64,000 bases of DNA from Candidatus Helarchaeota archaeon (GCA_019058315.1 JAHPZH010000003.1:169669-233668); one strand, 5' to 3'. Shown: positions 29,239 through 39,530, counted from the first letter of the stretch. Notes: generated from the letters alone by a model not told the origin. Numbers and translations: made by a program.

Positions 29239-32200
29239 TTGTCAAAAAACGTTTTGGTGAGATTTACCATGAGAAAAATTAAGAGGATAGTAGTAATTTT
29301 AATTATATTACTTTTTCCGGCAATTTTGCAAAATTTTTTAAATAAATCACCCCTAATACCAAATTTTAATCATTTAACAAATCATAGAGAATCTATGAAT
29401 ATGTTAACTTGGGAAGATAATGGTACTGTCGTATGTAATGCAAGTAATACCCAAGCATTTTCTCGAATTTGTAGTGATGGGATAGGTGGAGCGATAATTG
29501 CATGGATGGATTTTAGAAATGGAAATTATGACATGTATGTACAAAGAATATTTGCAAATGGAAGTATTGCATGGACAACCAACGGTGTAGCAATATGTAC
29601 AGCGATAGATCACCAAGAGTGGGGTCAGATTTGTTCCGATGGGGCGGGTGGAGCGATAATAGCTTGGCAAGATGGTAGAGGGGGAAGTGATTGGGATATA
29701 TACGCTCAAAAAATACTCACAGATGGAAATGTTGCATGGACGGCTAATGGTATTCCGATATGTACGGCGATAAATGATCAAACAGCACTACAGATCGTTT
29801 CTGATGGATCTGGGGGTGCAATAATTACCTGGACAGATAGTAGGAGTGGGGCTGATATATACGCGCAGAAAGTATTCACAAATGGGACTGTTGCATGGAC
29901 AGTTGGCGGTACCCCTATATCTACAGCGAGTAATAACCAAAATTCTCCACAAATATGTGGTGATGGCTCAGGTGGAGCAATAATAACTTGGGGAGATACG
30001 AGAGATTTTACAAATGATGTATACGCACAAAAAATATTTGCAAATGGAAGTGTTGCATGGATAAATAATGGTGTTGTAATTAGTAATGCAAGTTATCAGC
30101 AATCAACCCCTCAGATTTGTTCCGATGGGGCAGGAGGGGCAATAATAACTTGGAGGGACAGTAGATTTGGAATCAATTTCGAGGTATATGCACAAAAAAT
30201 ATTTGCGAATGGAACTACAGCATGGTTGGCTAACGGATCTGAAATATGTACTTCAGTATATGATCAAGATTATCCTGAAATTTGCAGTGATGGGGCAGGT
30301 GGAGCTATTATAACTTGGAGGGATAATAGAAGTGGAATTACTTGGGACATTTATGCTCAAAAAATATTTACAAATGGAAGTATTGCATGGTCACCCAACG
30401 GCATCCCAATATGTACAGCAATTGATAGACAAGAACTTCCTCAGATTTGTTCCGATGGGGCTGGTGGGGCAATAATTACTTGGAGAGATAATAGAAATAG
30501 TAATTATGATATATATGCTCAAAAAGTATTTGCAAATAAAAGTACTGCATGGACAATTAACGGCATCACTCTATGTAATGCGAGTGATAGCCAAGATGGT
30601 CCCGAAATTTGTTGCGATGGAATGGGCGGGGCAATTATTTCATGGATGGATTTTAGAAATGGTCTTGATCATGATATTTATGCACAATTAATTGATGAAA
30701 GCATTCCCGTAATACTCGGTATAGAGCAAATCCCTATTTCACCAGATAATATAGATTCAGTGAATATAACTGCACATATAACAGATAATGTGGGTCTTAG
30801 TCTCATTACAATAATTTCAAACCACACCGGTATTCCAACAGATTATAGTATGGATTTATTATCAGGTTCAGCTCAAGATAGTTATTGGAACTATACCATA
30901 CCATCTGTAATTGCAGGAACTACGGTTACATATTCGATCTGGGCAAATGACACTTCTAATAACCAGATTATCGATGGACCATATCAATACACTGTGGGAG
31001 ATGGCGAGAATCCTAACATTATTTCCATTTCAAGAGAACCAATAAATCCAAATAACACAAACATAGTAAATGTTTCTGTCCATATAACAGATAATGTAGG
31101 AGTGAGTACTGTTTTATTAAATTCAAATTATACAGGCACTTCATTAGATTACGTCATGGAATTTTTATCGGGAACAGCTCAAGATAGTTATTGGAACTAT
31201 ACTATACCATTTGTAGTTGCAGGAACTACGGTTACATATTCGATCTGGGCAAATGACACTTCTAATAACCAGATTATCGATGGACCATATCAATACACTG
31301 TGGGAGATGGCGAGAATCCTAACATTATTTCCATTTCAAGAGAACCAATAAATCCAAATAACACAAACATAGTAAATGTTTCTGTCCATATAACAGATAA
31401 TGTAGGAGTGAGTACTGTTTTATTAAATTCAAATTATACAGGCACTTCATTAGATTACGTCATGGAATTTTTATCGGGAACAGCTCAAGATAGTTATTGG
31501 AACTATACTATACCGCCTATAGCTCTAGGAACTACGGTTACATATTCGATCTGGGCAAATGACACTTCCAATAATCCCGATACAGCAGGACCATATCAAT
31601 ATTTAGTAAGTGATAATGAGAATCCAGATATAGTTAGTACAACAAGAGTTCCATTAAATCCCGGTAACCTAAACACTGTAAATATCACGGCACATATAAC
31701 CGACAATATAGGCACAGATGTAGTTATAATAAGTTCGAATCACACAGGTAGTCCTACAAATTACAGCATGAATTTCCTATCGGGAACAATTCAAGATGGT
31801 TATTGGAACTTTACCATTCCTGCCATTGCTGTCGGAACGACGGTTGAATATTCAATTTGGGCAAATGACACTTCTAATAATTCCGATACAGCGGGACCAT
31901 ATCAATATTTAGTTAGTGATAATGAGAATCCGAATATAATTGGCATGTCAAGAGTTCCATTAAATCCCGGTAACTTAAACACGACAATCATCTCGGTCCA
32001 TATAACTGATAATGTAGGCGTTGACGTAGTTTTAATAACATCAAATCATTCTGGTATAATTTTAAATTATCCCATGCTTTTCTACTCTGGTACACCACAA
32101 GATGGTTTTTGGAACTTTACCATTCCAACCGTTACTGCTAGAACAACGGTTGAATATTCAATTTGGACAAATGATACTTCCAATAATCCCGATACAGCGG

Positions 32201-32991
32201 GACCATATCAGTATTTAGTAAGTGACAATGAGAATCCTGATATAGTTAGTACAACAAGAGTTCCATTAAATCCCGGTAATCTTAACACTGTAAATATAAC
32301 AGCATATATAACCGACAATATTGGCATAGATGTAGTTATAATAACTTTGAATCATACAAGTAGTCCTGCAAATTACAGCATGGATTTCCTATCGGGAACA
32401 ATTCAAGATGGTTATTGGAACTTTACTATTCCAACCGTTGTTGCTGGAACAACAGTCCAATATTCAATTTGGGTAAATGACACTTCTAATAATTTCGATA
32501 CAGCTGGACCTTATCAATATTTAGTTAGTGATAATGAGAATCCTAAAATATTAATTGTTTCAAGAGACCCAATTCGACCAGGTAGCCAAGATATAGTCAA
32601 TATCACGATACATATCACAGATAATATAGGCATACATACAGTACTGCTTGTTTCTGACCACAATGGGACTTTTAACACCTTTGAAATGACTCTTCTTTCA
32701 GGTATTAACCAAGATGGTTATTGGAATATTACTATACCCCAATTACCTTCAGGAACTACAGTTAACTATTCAATTTGGATAAATGATACAAATGATAATA
32801 ATGTTAGCTCGATTTATTACCAATATACCGTTCGTGTCCCAAGCAAAGCAGATTTTTGGCCTTTGACTTTCTTATTAACACAAATGGGATCTGGCGGTTC
32901 GATGTTCGTTCTTTTTTTTACAATAATAGGTGCCATAGCTGCAGTAGCTGTAATTTCAGCATTTATACTTTTAAAACGGAGTTCAAAGTAA
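29239..32991 (+). CDS. Large cell-surface protein: N-terminal signal/TM, seven ~60-aa beta-propeller-like repeats, seven ~102-aa Ig-like repeats, C-terminal TM anchor
   Basis: Repeats ICSDGxGGAIIxWxDxR...DIYAQKI and HITDNVG...YWNYTIP...YSIWANDTSNN; many NxS/T sequons; start is probably ATG 29269. Confidence 0.85.
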   Translation: MSKNVLVRFTMRKIKRIVVILIILLFPAILQNFLNKSPLIPNFNHLTNHRESMNMLTWEDNGTVVCNASNTQAFSRICSDGIGGAIIAWMDFRNGNYDMYVQRIFANGSIAWTTNGVAICTAIDHQEWGQICSDGAGGAIIAWQDGRGGSDWDIYAQKILTDGNVAWTANGIPICTAINDQTALQIVSDGSGGAIITWTDSRSGADIYAQKVFTNGTVAWTVGGTPISTASNNQNSPQICGDGSGGAIITWGDTRDFTNDVYAQKIFANGSVAWINNGVVISNASYQQSTPQICSDGAGGAIITWRDSRFGINFEVYAQKIFANGTTAWLANGSEICTSVYDQDYPEICSDGAGGAIITWRDNRSGITWDIYAQKIFTNGSIAWSPNGIPICTAIDRQELPQICSDGAGGAIITWRDNRNSNYDIYAQKVFANKSTAWTINGITLCNASDSQDGPEICCDGMGGAIISWMDFRNGLDHDIYAQLIDESIPVILGIEQIPISPDNIDSVNITAHITDNVGLSLITIISNHTGIPTDYSMDLLSGSAQDSYWNYTIPSVIAGTTVTYSIWANDTSNNQIIDGPYQYTVGDGENPNIISISREPINPNNTNIVNVSVHITDNVGVSTVLLNSNYTGTSLDYVMEFLSGTAQDSYWNYTIPFVVAGTTVTYSIWANDTSNNQIIDGPYQYTVGDGENPNIISISREPINPNNTNIVNVSVHITDNVGVSTVLLNSNYTGTSLDYVMEFLSGTAQDSYWNYTIPPIALGTTVTYSIWANDTSNNPDTAGPYQYLVSDNENPDIVSTTRVPLNPGNLNTVNITAHITDNIGTDVVIISSNHTGSPTNYSMNFLSGTIQDGYWNFTIPAIAVGTTVEYSIWANDTSNNSDTAGPYQYLVSDNENPNIIGMSRVPLNPGNLNTTIISVHITDNVGVDVVLITSNHSGIILNYPMLFYSGTPQDGFWNFTIPTVTARTTVEYSIWTNDTSNNPDTAGPYQYLVSDNENPDIVSTTRVPLNPGNLNTVNITAYITDNIGIDVVIITLNHTSSPANYSMDFLSGTIQDGYWNFTIPTVVAGTTVQYSIWVNDTSNNFDTAGPYQYLVSDNENPKILIVSRDPIRPGSQDIVNITIHITDNIGIHTVLLVSDHNGTFNTFEMTLLSGINQDGYWNITIPQLPSGTTVNYSIWINDTNDNNVSSIYYQYTVRVPSKADFWPLTFLLTQMGSGGSMFVLFFTIIGAIAAVAVISAFILLKRSSK
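30911..31514 (+). repeat. Intragenic direct repeat with 306-bp period (30911-31208 and 31217-31514)
   Basis: The two copies appear identical by eye over ~298 nt. Confidence 0.85.
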
Positions 32992-33088
32992 AAATAAGAA
33001 AATCAATAATATTATCCCTTTTTTTATTTTTAAGTTGGGAAATAAGAAATATCAACTATTTTTTATATAAATATTATATAATTTAATT

Positions 33089-33445
33089 ATGATAGAGTGG
33101 ATTACTCAAGATATATTTCCTAACTTCATTCGAATGAATGAGAACGTAGTTGTTTACTTTTTCTCTCCACATTGTGGGGCATGTGCAATTCAGAAACCAA
33201 TTCTTGAACAGATTGCAAATAAATTTGGAAATAAACTTCATATAGGAGAAATAGATGTTATAACAAATGGTAGAATTGCAATGGAGTATGGAATTACAGC
33301 TACACCAACTCTGATGTTTTTTAAAAAGGGGAAAAAGGTAAGATTTAAATTTAAGGGAAATAGAGTCGACCGATTATTGGGAGCCCAAGATTTTAATCGG
33401 CTTCGGGGAGTAGTTATTTTTCTAATAAATATGAAAATTAATTAA
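33089..33445 (+). CDS. Thioredoxin family protein
   Basis: FFSPHCGAC active site and cis-Pro TPTL motif. Confidence 0.88.
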   Translation: MIEWITQDIFPNFIRMNENVVVYFFSPHCGACAIQKPILEQIANKFGNKLHIGEIDVITNGRIAMEYGITATPTLMFFKKGKKVRFKFKGNRVDRLLGAQDFNRLRGVVIFLINMKIN

Positions 33446-33449
33446 AGTC

Positions 33450-34277
33450 TCATGTAACATCGACTAAAGGAGAAATTTCTCCAATCGATTTTATTAAAGA
33501 TTCTTTATCTTCTAGCGAGATATCAATAGCTTTCTGTGGACAAACCTCTACACATCGACCGCATCCAATGCAGGCATTATTAATGATAGCACGTTTATAA
33601 ATTATTTTAATAGCATCAGCAATGCAAATTCCTTTAGTACATGTTTCACAGCCTACACATCGTTCGCTGACTTTTACTTTAACACCCGGCATTTTATGAA
33701 TCTTCGTACTAATTTTTGGTGATATATGGGGTAGCACACGCCAAAGACAACAACAAGGACAACAATTACAGATTGTAAGAAGTTTATTTCCAGGACTAAC
33801 ATTAAGCCAGACGGCATCCAATTTATTTCTTCCGATTACATGAACTAATCCTGCCTCTCGACAGCGTTTTACATGTTCCAACGCCTCTTCTTTTGTTACT
33901 TGTCTTCCTAACTGTGGATTGATACCTAAAACTGCCTCACCCAAGAATAAGCAACCTAAATGTCTTGGATAATCTTCACATTTACTAGAATCGCGACATA
34001 TACAAAAATTCATAATCCAATGATATTTGGCTTTCTTAATAAAATATTCAACCACTTGAGAGGGCAGAACTGTTTCGCTTGGCTTATCAATTGATTGATT
34101 GATTTCTATAACTTGATCTTTCGGTAAATAAATTAAATTATCCCCCTCAAAAAGCATATGGTCAATAATTTTTCCAATAATTGGAACCTTTGTTAATTTT
34201 GCAATTAATTTAATTCGCGGAAAGGTTTTCTTTAATAATTCTACGAACCATAAAGGTCGACCCAAATAAAACACCAC
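33450..34277 (-). CDS. 4Fe-4S ferredoxin-type iron-sulfur protein
   Basis: CICR, ICNCCPCCC, CVGCETC and CIGCGRCVEVCP. Confidence 0.85.
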   Translation of the reverse strand: MVFYLGRPLWFVELLKKTFPRIKLIAKLTKVPIIGKIIDHMLFEGDNLIYLPKDQVIEINQSIDKPSETVLPSQVVEYFIKKAKYHWIMNFCICRDSSKCEDYPRHLGCLFLGEAVLGINPQLGRQVTKEEALEHVKRCREAGLVHVIGRNKLDAVWLNVSPGNKLLTICNCCPCCCLWRVLPHISPKISTKIHKMPGVKVKVSERCVGCETCTKGICIADAIKIIYKRAIINNACIGCGRCVEVCPQKAIDISLEDKESLIKSIGEISPLVDVT

Positions 34278-34368
34278 ACCAATAATACAATTAATTATGA
34301 AAATTCAAAATAATAATAATTAGATGTTCAAGTATTTTTGACTATTTTACTTTTAAAATGGAATTCGA

Positions 34369-35070
34369 ATGTTATTGGCTAAAAATATTTTAGAAGCAAA
34401 ATTTATTGAAAGACCAAATAGGTTTTTGGGTATTGTAGAATTAAATTCTTATAAAATTCAATGTTTTATTCCAAATCCCGGTAGAATGAGGGAACTTTTA
34501 ACCGATAATAGGAAAGTTTGGTTAAACTCTGTTCCAAACAAAAATAGAAAAACATCTTATGACCTAATTGCAGTCGAACATGAAGATAAAATTGTGTCGA
34601 TTGATTCTAGAGTGCCAAACAAATTTATTTTTAATCTATTACAAAAAAAATTTCTATTTGATTTTAAATTTGATGAAATAAAGCCAGAATACTCTTATCA
34701 AAATAGTCGTCTTGATTTCTTTTTAAGAAAAGAAAATGAAAAATATTTGGTTGAAGTTAAATCGTGTACACTCGTCAAAGATAAGATAGCACTATTTCCT
34801 GATGCTCCAACAGAACGCGGTGCAAGGCATGTTCATGAACTTATTGGAGCTTTAGAAAATGGCTATAAATCCTTTTTAATTTTTATAATACAAAGGGATG
34901 ATGCAGAATTTTTTAGCCCTAATGAAGAAACGGATAAAATTTTTAGTGAGAAATTAAAGCTCGCCGAAAAAAAAGGAGTCATCATAAAGGCTTTGACAAA
35001 TAGAGTTTTTATTGACCAAAATAATTTATATATTGAACCTTCTAATGAAATAAAGTTAAAAATTAATTAA
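34369..35070 (+). CDS. sfsA: DNA/RNA nuclease SfsA
   Basis: RPNRF, NPGRMREL, SRLDF, EVKSCTL and FPDAPTERG. Confidence 0.95.
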   Translation: MLLAKNILEAKFIERPNRFLGIVELNSYKIQCFIPNPGRMRELLTDNRKVWLNSVPNKNRKTSYDLIAVEHEDKIVSIDSRVPNKFIFNLLQKKFLFDFKFDEIKPEYSYQNSRLDFFLRKENEKYLVEVKSCTLVKDKIALFPDAPTERGARHVHELIGALENGYKSFLIFIIQRDDAEFFSPNEETDKIFSEKLKLAEKKGVIIKALTNRVFIDQNNLYIEPSNEIKLKIN

Positions 35071-35080
35071 ATGGGAGAAA

Positions 35081-35716
35081 ATGGTAATTATTAGAAAATG
35101 TCGCAAAGCTGATGCTAAAGGAATTATGAATGTTTGTTTTAAAACTGGATATATGGGAGAAGATGCTACAGGGCATTTTTCTGATGTTAAACTTTTCGGA
35201 CTTCTTTTTTGTCTTTATTATCCTAGATATGAGCGTGAGCACAGTTTTGTCGCAGAAGACAATAGAGAAATTGTGGGTTATATACTAGGTTCACCAGATT
35301 CTGAGCTTCAGGAACGTCTATTTTTAGCTAAAATTGGCTGGAGAATTCCTATTCGCCTCTTTTTTGTCACTTCTTGGCGATATTTTCAAGATATTAAAAC
35401 AATTCTACACTTTATTAGATTACCCCGTTCTAATCCAAATTTTAATATTAATAAAAAATATCCAGCTCATCTCCATATTGATATTTTGGAAAAATACCAG
35501 CGAAAGGGAATTGGAAGTAAATTAATGGATAAGTTTGAAACTCATATGCGAAAATTAGGTGTAAAAGGTATCCATCTCGGTACTTCAGAGGGAAATTATA
35601 AAGCTGTTCCTTTTTATAAAAAGAAGGGTTATAAAATAATACATAGAGATAAAATGGGTATGTGGCCTGATGCTCCCGAAAAGAGAGGTCTGCTTTTTGC
35701 AAAAAAGCTTATTTAA
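35081..35716 (+). CDS. GNAT family N-acetyltransferase
   Basis: YPAHLHIDILEKYQRKGIG and AVPFYKKKGY. Confidence 0.9.
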   Translation: MVIIRKCRKADAKGIMNVCFKTGYMGEDATGHFSDVKLFGLLFCLYYPRYEREHSFVAEDNREIVGYILGSPDSELQERLFLAKIGWRIPIRLFFVTSWRYFQDIKTILHFIRLPRSNPNFNINKKYPAHLHIDILEKYQRKGIGSKLMDKFETHMRKLGVKGIHLGTSEGNYKAVPFYKKKGYKIIHRDKMGMWPDAPEKRGLLFAKKLI

Positions 35717-35736
35717 TTTAATTTAAGTGTATAAAT

Positions 35737-36522
35737 ATGAAAGATATAATCCTTGCAATTGGAGCTCATCCTGATGATATTGATTTTTTTGCTGGGGGAA
35801 CAATTGCGAAATTCTGTGAGGAAGGTAAAGAAGCGTATTTTCTTATAACAACTGATGGACAACGTGGATCTTTGAGACCTGATACAGACCCTAAAACTCT
35901 TATTGCCACCAGAGCAAAAGAGGCAAGAGCTGCCGCAAAGGTTTTAGGTGTTAAAGAAGTTTTTTTTCTAGGTTATGAAGATGGTTTCTTAGATCGAACA
36001 CCACATCTCGAATTAAGAGAACATTATATTAAATATATTCGTAAACTTAAACCTAATATTCTTATGACATTCGACCCATGGAACCCATATGAACCACATA
36101 GTGACCATAGGAAAGTCTCTCTTGCTGCATTTGAAAGTTGCTATTTTTGTCATTATCCCCTTTTTCATCCGGAATCAAAACCAATTCATTTTGTATCGGA
36201 AATATGGCTCTTTCGATCTCCTAACCCAGATACTTGGATACAATTAAAAAATGTTCGAACTAAAATAAAGGCTTTGGCAAAACACGCATCCCAAATCCAA
36301 ATGTTACGAGAAGAAATATTAGGGCAATTAAAATCAGCAAATATCGAAACCTCGATATTAGAAGCACTTGATAATAAAACACTTCTTGATATATTTGTTC
36401 GCAATATGGCTGAACAAGATGGGAAAAAGCAAGGTTACAAATTTGCAGAGGCTTTTAAAGTGTTTAAAATAGGATATGTCGAAGATATAAGGGTAATCAT
36501 CGAAAAGATGAAAGAGTTATAA
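35737..36522 (+). CDS. PIG-L/LmbE family deacetylase
   Basis: AHPDD, TDGQRG, HSDH and ALAKHASQ. Confidence 0.92.
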   Translation: MKDIILAIGAHPDDIDFFAGGTIAKFCEEGKEAYFLITTDGQRGSLRPDTDPKTLIATRAKEARAAAKVLGVKEVFFLGYEDGFLDRTPHLELREHYIKYIRKLKPNILMTFDPWNPYEPHSDHRKVSLAAFESCYFCHYPLFHPESKPIHFVSEIWLFRSPNPDTWIQLKNVRTKIKALAKHASQIQMLREEILGQLKSANIETSILEALDNKTLLDIFVRNMAEQDGKKQGYKFAEAFKVFKIGYVEDIRVIIEKMKEL

Positions 36523-36758
36523 AAAAGATATTAAAAAATGATATTTTGCTCTTTTTCTTTAATAAAAAAATTTTTTTATAAAATAAATACACAAAATGAG
36601 TTTGCATTGTTTAATATTGCCAATATCATAACGCTTTTTAAGAATCATTAAGAATCAGTTCTAATGTAGGATTGGGAAAAATTCCTTTTTAAAGTAATTA
36701 AAAGAATTTGTAAACCTTCCAAATCTTGCTAAAATTAAAAATAAAAGGGTGAAACTTC

Positions 36759-37760
36759 ATGGAGAGAAGAGTAAAATTAGGGTTAGTAGTAGTATTAATT
36801 CTTTTTGCAAGTGGTGCAGGAATTACAGGACTGATCTTAGTAAGCACGAGTCAAGAATTCCCAGCAGGGTTACTGCTTTTAGGAGCTGCTCCACAACAAT
36901 CCAATGGTGGTGGGACCGGCCCAGGAACGCTAGGAACGCCAACAGGAGTAAGCGCTACTGATGGCACGTCAACATCGTATTCTACGGTAACATGGAACGG
37001 GGTTTCTGGAGCTGAATCATACCACGTGTATAGATCCACATCTCCCTCAGGAACATACTCGCATATAGGGCAGACAACATCCTTATCTTTTAATGATGTA
37101 TCTGCTGGACAGGGAACTCTCTATTATTATAAAGTAAGGGCATATTCACTGGAATTAGGTTATAGTGATTACAGTTCCTATGATACGGGCTTTAAAAAGC
37201 TAATTGCGCCTACTGGAGTAATTGCTACTAATGGTACATCAACATCATATTCTCGAGTAACCTGGAATAGTGTTACTGGAGCTGAGTCATACTATATATA
37301 TCGATCAACATCTTCCTCAGGATCTTACTCATATATAGGACAAACTTCATCATTATCTTACGATGATACATCCGCAGGACCTGGAACTCTTTATTATTAC
37401 AAAGTTAGAGCTCATTCCTCAGTATTTGGGTTTAGTGATTACAGTTCCTATGATACGGGTTTTAAAAAACTATCTACACCTACTGGAGTGTCTGCATCGG
37501 ATGGAACTTATTCTGACTGGGTGCGAGTAACATGGAATGCTGTACCTGGAGCTGATTTATATGGTGTATTTGTATTCAGTTCTAGTAGTATGAGTGATTT
37601 TCTTTATATGGCAGGAGAAACAGCGTCCCTATCTTTGGATGATACAATTGCAGGGATAATTTTTGATGGAATTGTTTTATACTATAGAGTTGCAGCAGCG
37701 TCTTTTTCATCTAACTCAACTAGTGACCTTAGTAGTTATAATACCGGATATACATTTTAA
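36759..37760 (+). CDS. Secreted or membrane-anchored protein with three fibronectin type III repeats
   Basis: N-terminal hydrophobic segment; 3x PTGVSA(T/S)DGT...VTWN.V.GA..Y...YYKVRA...S.YDTG. Confidence 0.85.
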   Translation: MERRVKLGLVVVLILFASGAGITGLILVSTSQEFPAGLLLLGAAPQQSNGGGTGPGTLGTPTGVSATDGTSTSYSTVTWNGVSGAESYHVYRSTSPSGTYSHIGQTTSLSFNDVSAGQGTLYYYKVRAYSLELGYSDYSSYDTGFKKLIAPTGVIATNGTSTSYSRVTWNSVTGAESYYIYRSTSSSGSYSYIGQTSSLSYDDTSAGPGTLYYYKVRAHSSVFGFSDYSSYDTGFKKLSTPTGVSASDGTYSDWVRVTWNAVPGADLYGVFVFSSSSMSDFLYMAGETASLSLDDTIAGIIFDGIVLYYRVAAASFSSNSTSDLSSYNTGYTF

Positions 37761-37892
37761 TATTTTAATTTTCCTTTTTTTTTCTAATTTTGGCAGTTTT
37801 TTTTCTTCCAAGGGATTGTTTTTTAATAGTTTTAGGAAATTAAAAATAATTAACTCATGTATTTTTAATCCTAAAAAATAAAATGAAGAAAA

Positions 37893-38063
37893 ATGCACGA
37901 ATTAGAGATTTGTTATATCTGTAAAAAAGAAATTACAGAAGATAGAGCTAATTGTGCTTATTGCAATACACCTTATCATAAAAAAGAACTAAATAATTGG
38001 ATAAAACGCTTTAAAAAATGTCCAAGATGTGGTAGGGAATTGAAAGAATTCGTAATTATGTAG
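37893..38063 (+). CDS. Stand-alone 56-aa RING-like zinc-finger protein (not in ORF track)
   Basis: Manual translation: MHELEICYICKKEITEDRANCAYCNTPYHKKELNNWIKRFKKCPRCGRELKEFVIM*. Confidence 0.8.
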   Translation: MHELEICYICKKEITEDRANCAYCNTPYHKKELNNWIKRFKKCPRCGRELKEFVIM

Positions 38064-38078
38064 ACGATTCCTCCTTTA

Positions 38079-38175
38079 CCTTGACTCTAAATTTTTTAAA
38101 TAATATTTAATTAAACTATATTGTATTATTTTGATAAAACAATTGAAGCAATTTTTGGTAATATTTCGGGGGTTT
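38079..38175 (+). promoter_or_regulatory. Conserved upstream/promoter block of TM-RING paralog A
   Basis: Closely matches 39582-39685 (actctaaattttttaaataatatttaattaaa...aaacaattgaag...atatttcgggggttt). Confidence 0.65.
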
Positions 38176-38197
38176 TTGACTGAAAACCAAAGATAAA

Positions 38198-39103
38198 GTG
38201 AAAGGAGTTTTGACACTAATAGGAATTATCATATTAATAATAGGCGTTTATTTAGTTTTAACATTCATTTTTATAACAAGGGATAATTATAGAATGCAAG
38301 GAGAATGGGGCATATTTTTAATTATTATTAGTTTATATCCAAATATCCCAGATCATATTAACTTGGGACTTACTCTTATAATTTTTAGGAATTTAAATGA
38401 AGGACGACTACCTTTAGGATCAACTTTAACATTTATGGGTATACTTTTATTGTTACTCCCATGGATTTCTGGGTTTAGAACTAAGGCTAAAGCGCAAAGT
38501 GTATTGACAATCATTGGAATTAGCTTGGAATTAATTGCTCTTAATTTACTATTAACAAATACCAATATGGGAGTAGTTTTTGCTTGGGGAGCGGGTTTAG
38601 GTGTAGTTGGAGCATGGATATTGGTTTTAACAAATGTCCATTGGAACTTAATGCAGACTGAGCGAGATCCAGGTTATAATCCAACCCAGCAAATTCGAGA
38701 AAGAATAAAAAAGCGTCCGTTCAAAATTAGACAAGACACAGAGAAAGTTCTAAAACTTTCAAAATGTCCTGTTTGTAAAGCTCCTTTAAAAGATAGTTCT
38801 AGTGACTTTTGTGAATCTTGTAATACAAAATTAATTAAATGTCCGATATGTAAACAACCGATTAACAAAGAAAACTTAATTTTCTGCCCATTTTGTAGTT
38901 CACCTTTTCATAAAACTGAATTTCTTGAATGGTTAAAAGTTCATGCTAATTGTCCTCGATGTAAAAATGAATTAGATATGTGGGAATTTCAAAAACATTT
39001 AGAGGAAAGTAAAAATGAGTTATCTAAGATTCAGTGTCCTGAATGTAAAAAATTCATACCAAATGATTGTAACTATTGTATCTTTTGTGGATTTAAAATA
39101 TGA
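38198..39103 (+). CDS. Membrane-anchored ZnF-RING-ZnF protein, paralog A (putative E3 ligase)
   Basis: About 5 TM segments; CPVC..CESC; CPIC..CPFC..FHKTEFLEW..CPRC; CPEC..CIFC. Confidence 0.8.
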   Translation: MKGVLTLIGIIILIIGVYLVLTFIFITRDNYRMQGEWGIFLIIISLYPNIPDHINLGLTLIIFRNLNEGRLPLGSTLTFMGILLLLLPWISGFRTKAKAQSVLTIIGISLELIALNLLLTNTNMGVVFAWGAGLGVVGAWILVLTNVHWNLMQTERDPGYNPTQQIRERIKKRPFKIRQDTEKVLKLSKCPVCKAPLKDSSSDFCESCNTKLIKCPICKQPINKENLIFCPFCSSPFHKTEFLEWLKVHANCPRCKNELDMWEFQKHLEESKNELSKIQCPECKKFIPNDCNYCIFCGFKI

Positions 39104-39130
39104 AATTATAATTACTAGATCTAATTCTTA

Positions 39131-39400
39131 TTAGCAGATTTGTTTATAAACAGGTGTAGTATCAACTAAAATAATTAATAAACACTTATTTTGTTGGAAG
39201 AGGTCTTTTGTATTATTCTCATCCAGCTTTTGAATTAATGTTATTAAATCTCCTTTTGAATCTTCAAGAAATTATATATTACTTTGGTAATCTTGTTTAA
39301 TGGATTCTGCAGTTTCAGTATTTATCAAGATAACACTAACAAAATGTTCCTTGATAGAAACTCGATTTTTCTCTTGAAAATGAACTTTAATTTCATTTTT
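39131..39400 (-). pseudogene. Truncated copy of the 3' end of the 882-aa beta-propeller gene (40655-40924)
   Basis: Colinear with 40655-40924 and ends ..DTTPVYKQIC*; TCA->TAA nonsense codon at 39272-39274; no 5' part. Confidence 0.88.
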
Positions 39401-39530
39401 GAACGCTAGGAACACCAACTGGAGTAAGTGCTACTGATGGCACGTCAACATCGTATTCTACGGTAACATGGAACGGGGTTTCTGGAGCTGAATCATACCA
39501 CGTGTATAGATCCAGATCTCCCTCAGGAAC
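39401..39530 (+). pseudogene. 130-bp internal fragment of the FN3 gene (copy of 36925-37054)
   Basis: About 4 mismatches in 130 nt; no start codon or continuation. Confidence 0.88.

Noticed and set aside
29400-32830. Regular repeats as a CRISPR array or non-coding repeat
   Set aside because: They are in-frame protein domain repeats of ~180 and 306 bp, with no repeat-spacer structure and no cas genes.
36925-39530. 130-bp near-identical pair as a diversity-generating retroelement TR/VR
   Set aside because: The mismatches (g/a, a/t, c/t, c/g) are not adenine-specific and no reverse transcriptase is in the window. A duplication remnant explains it better.
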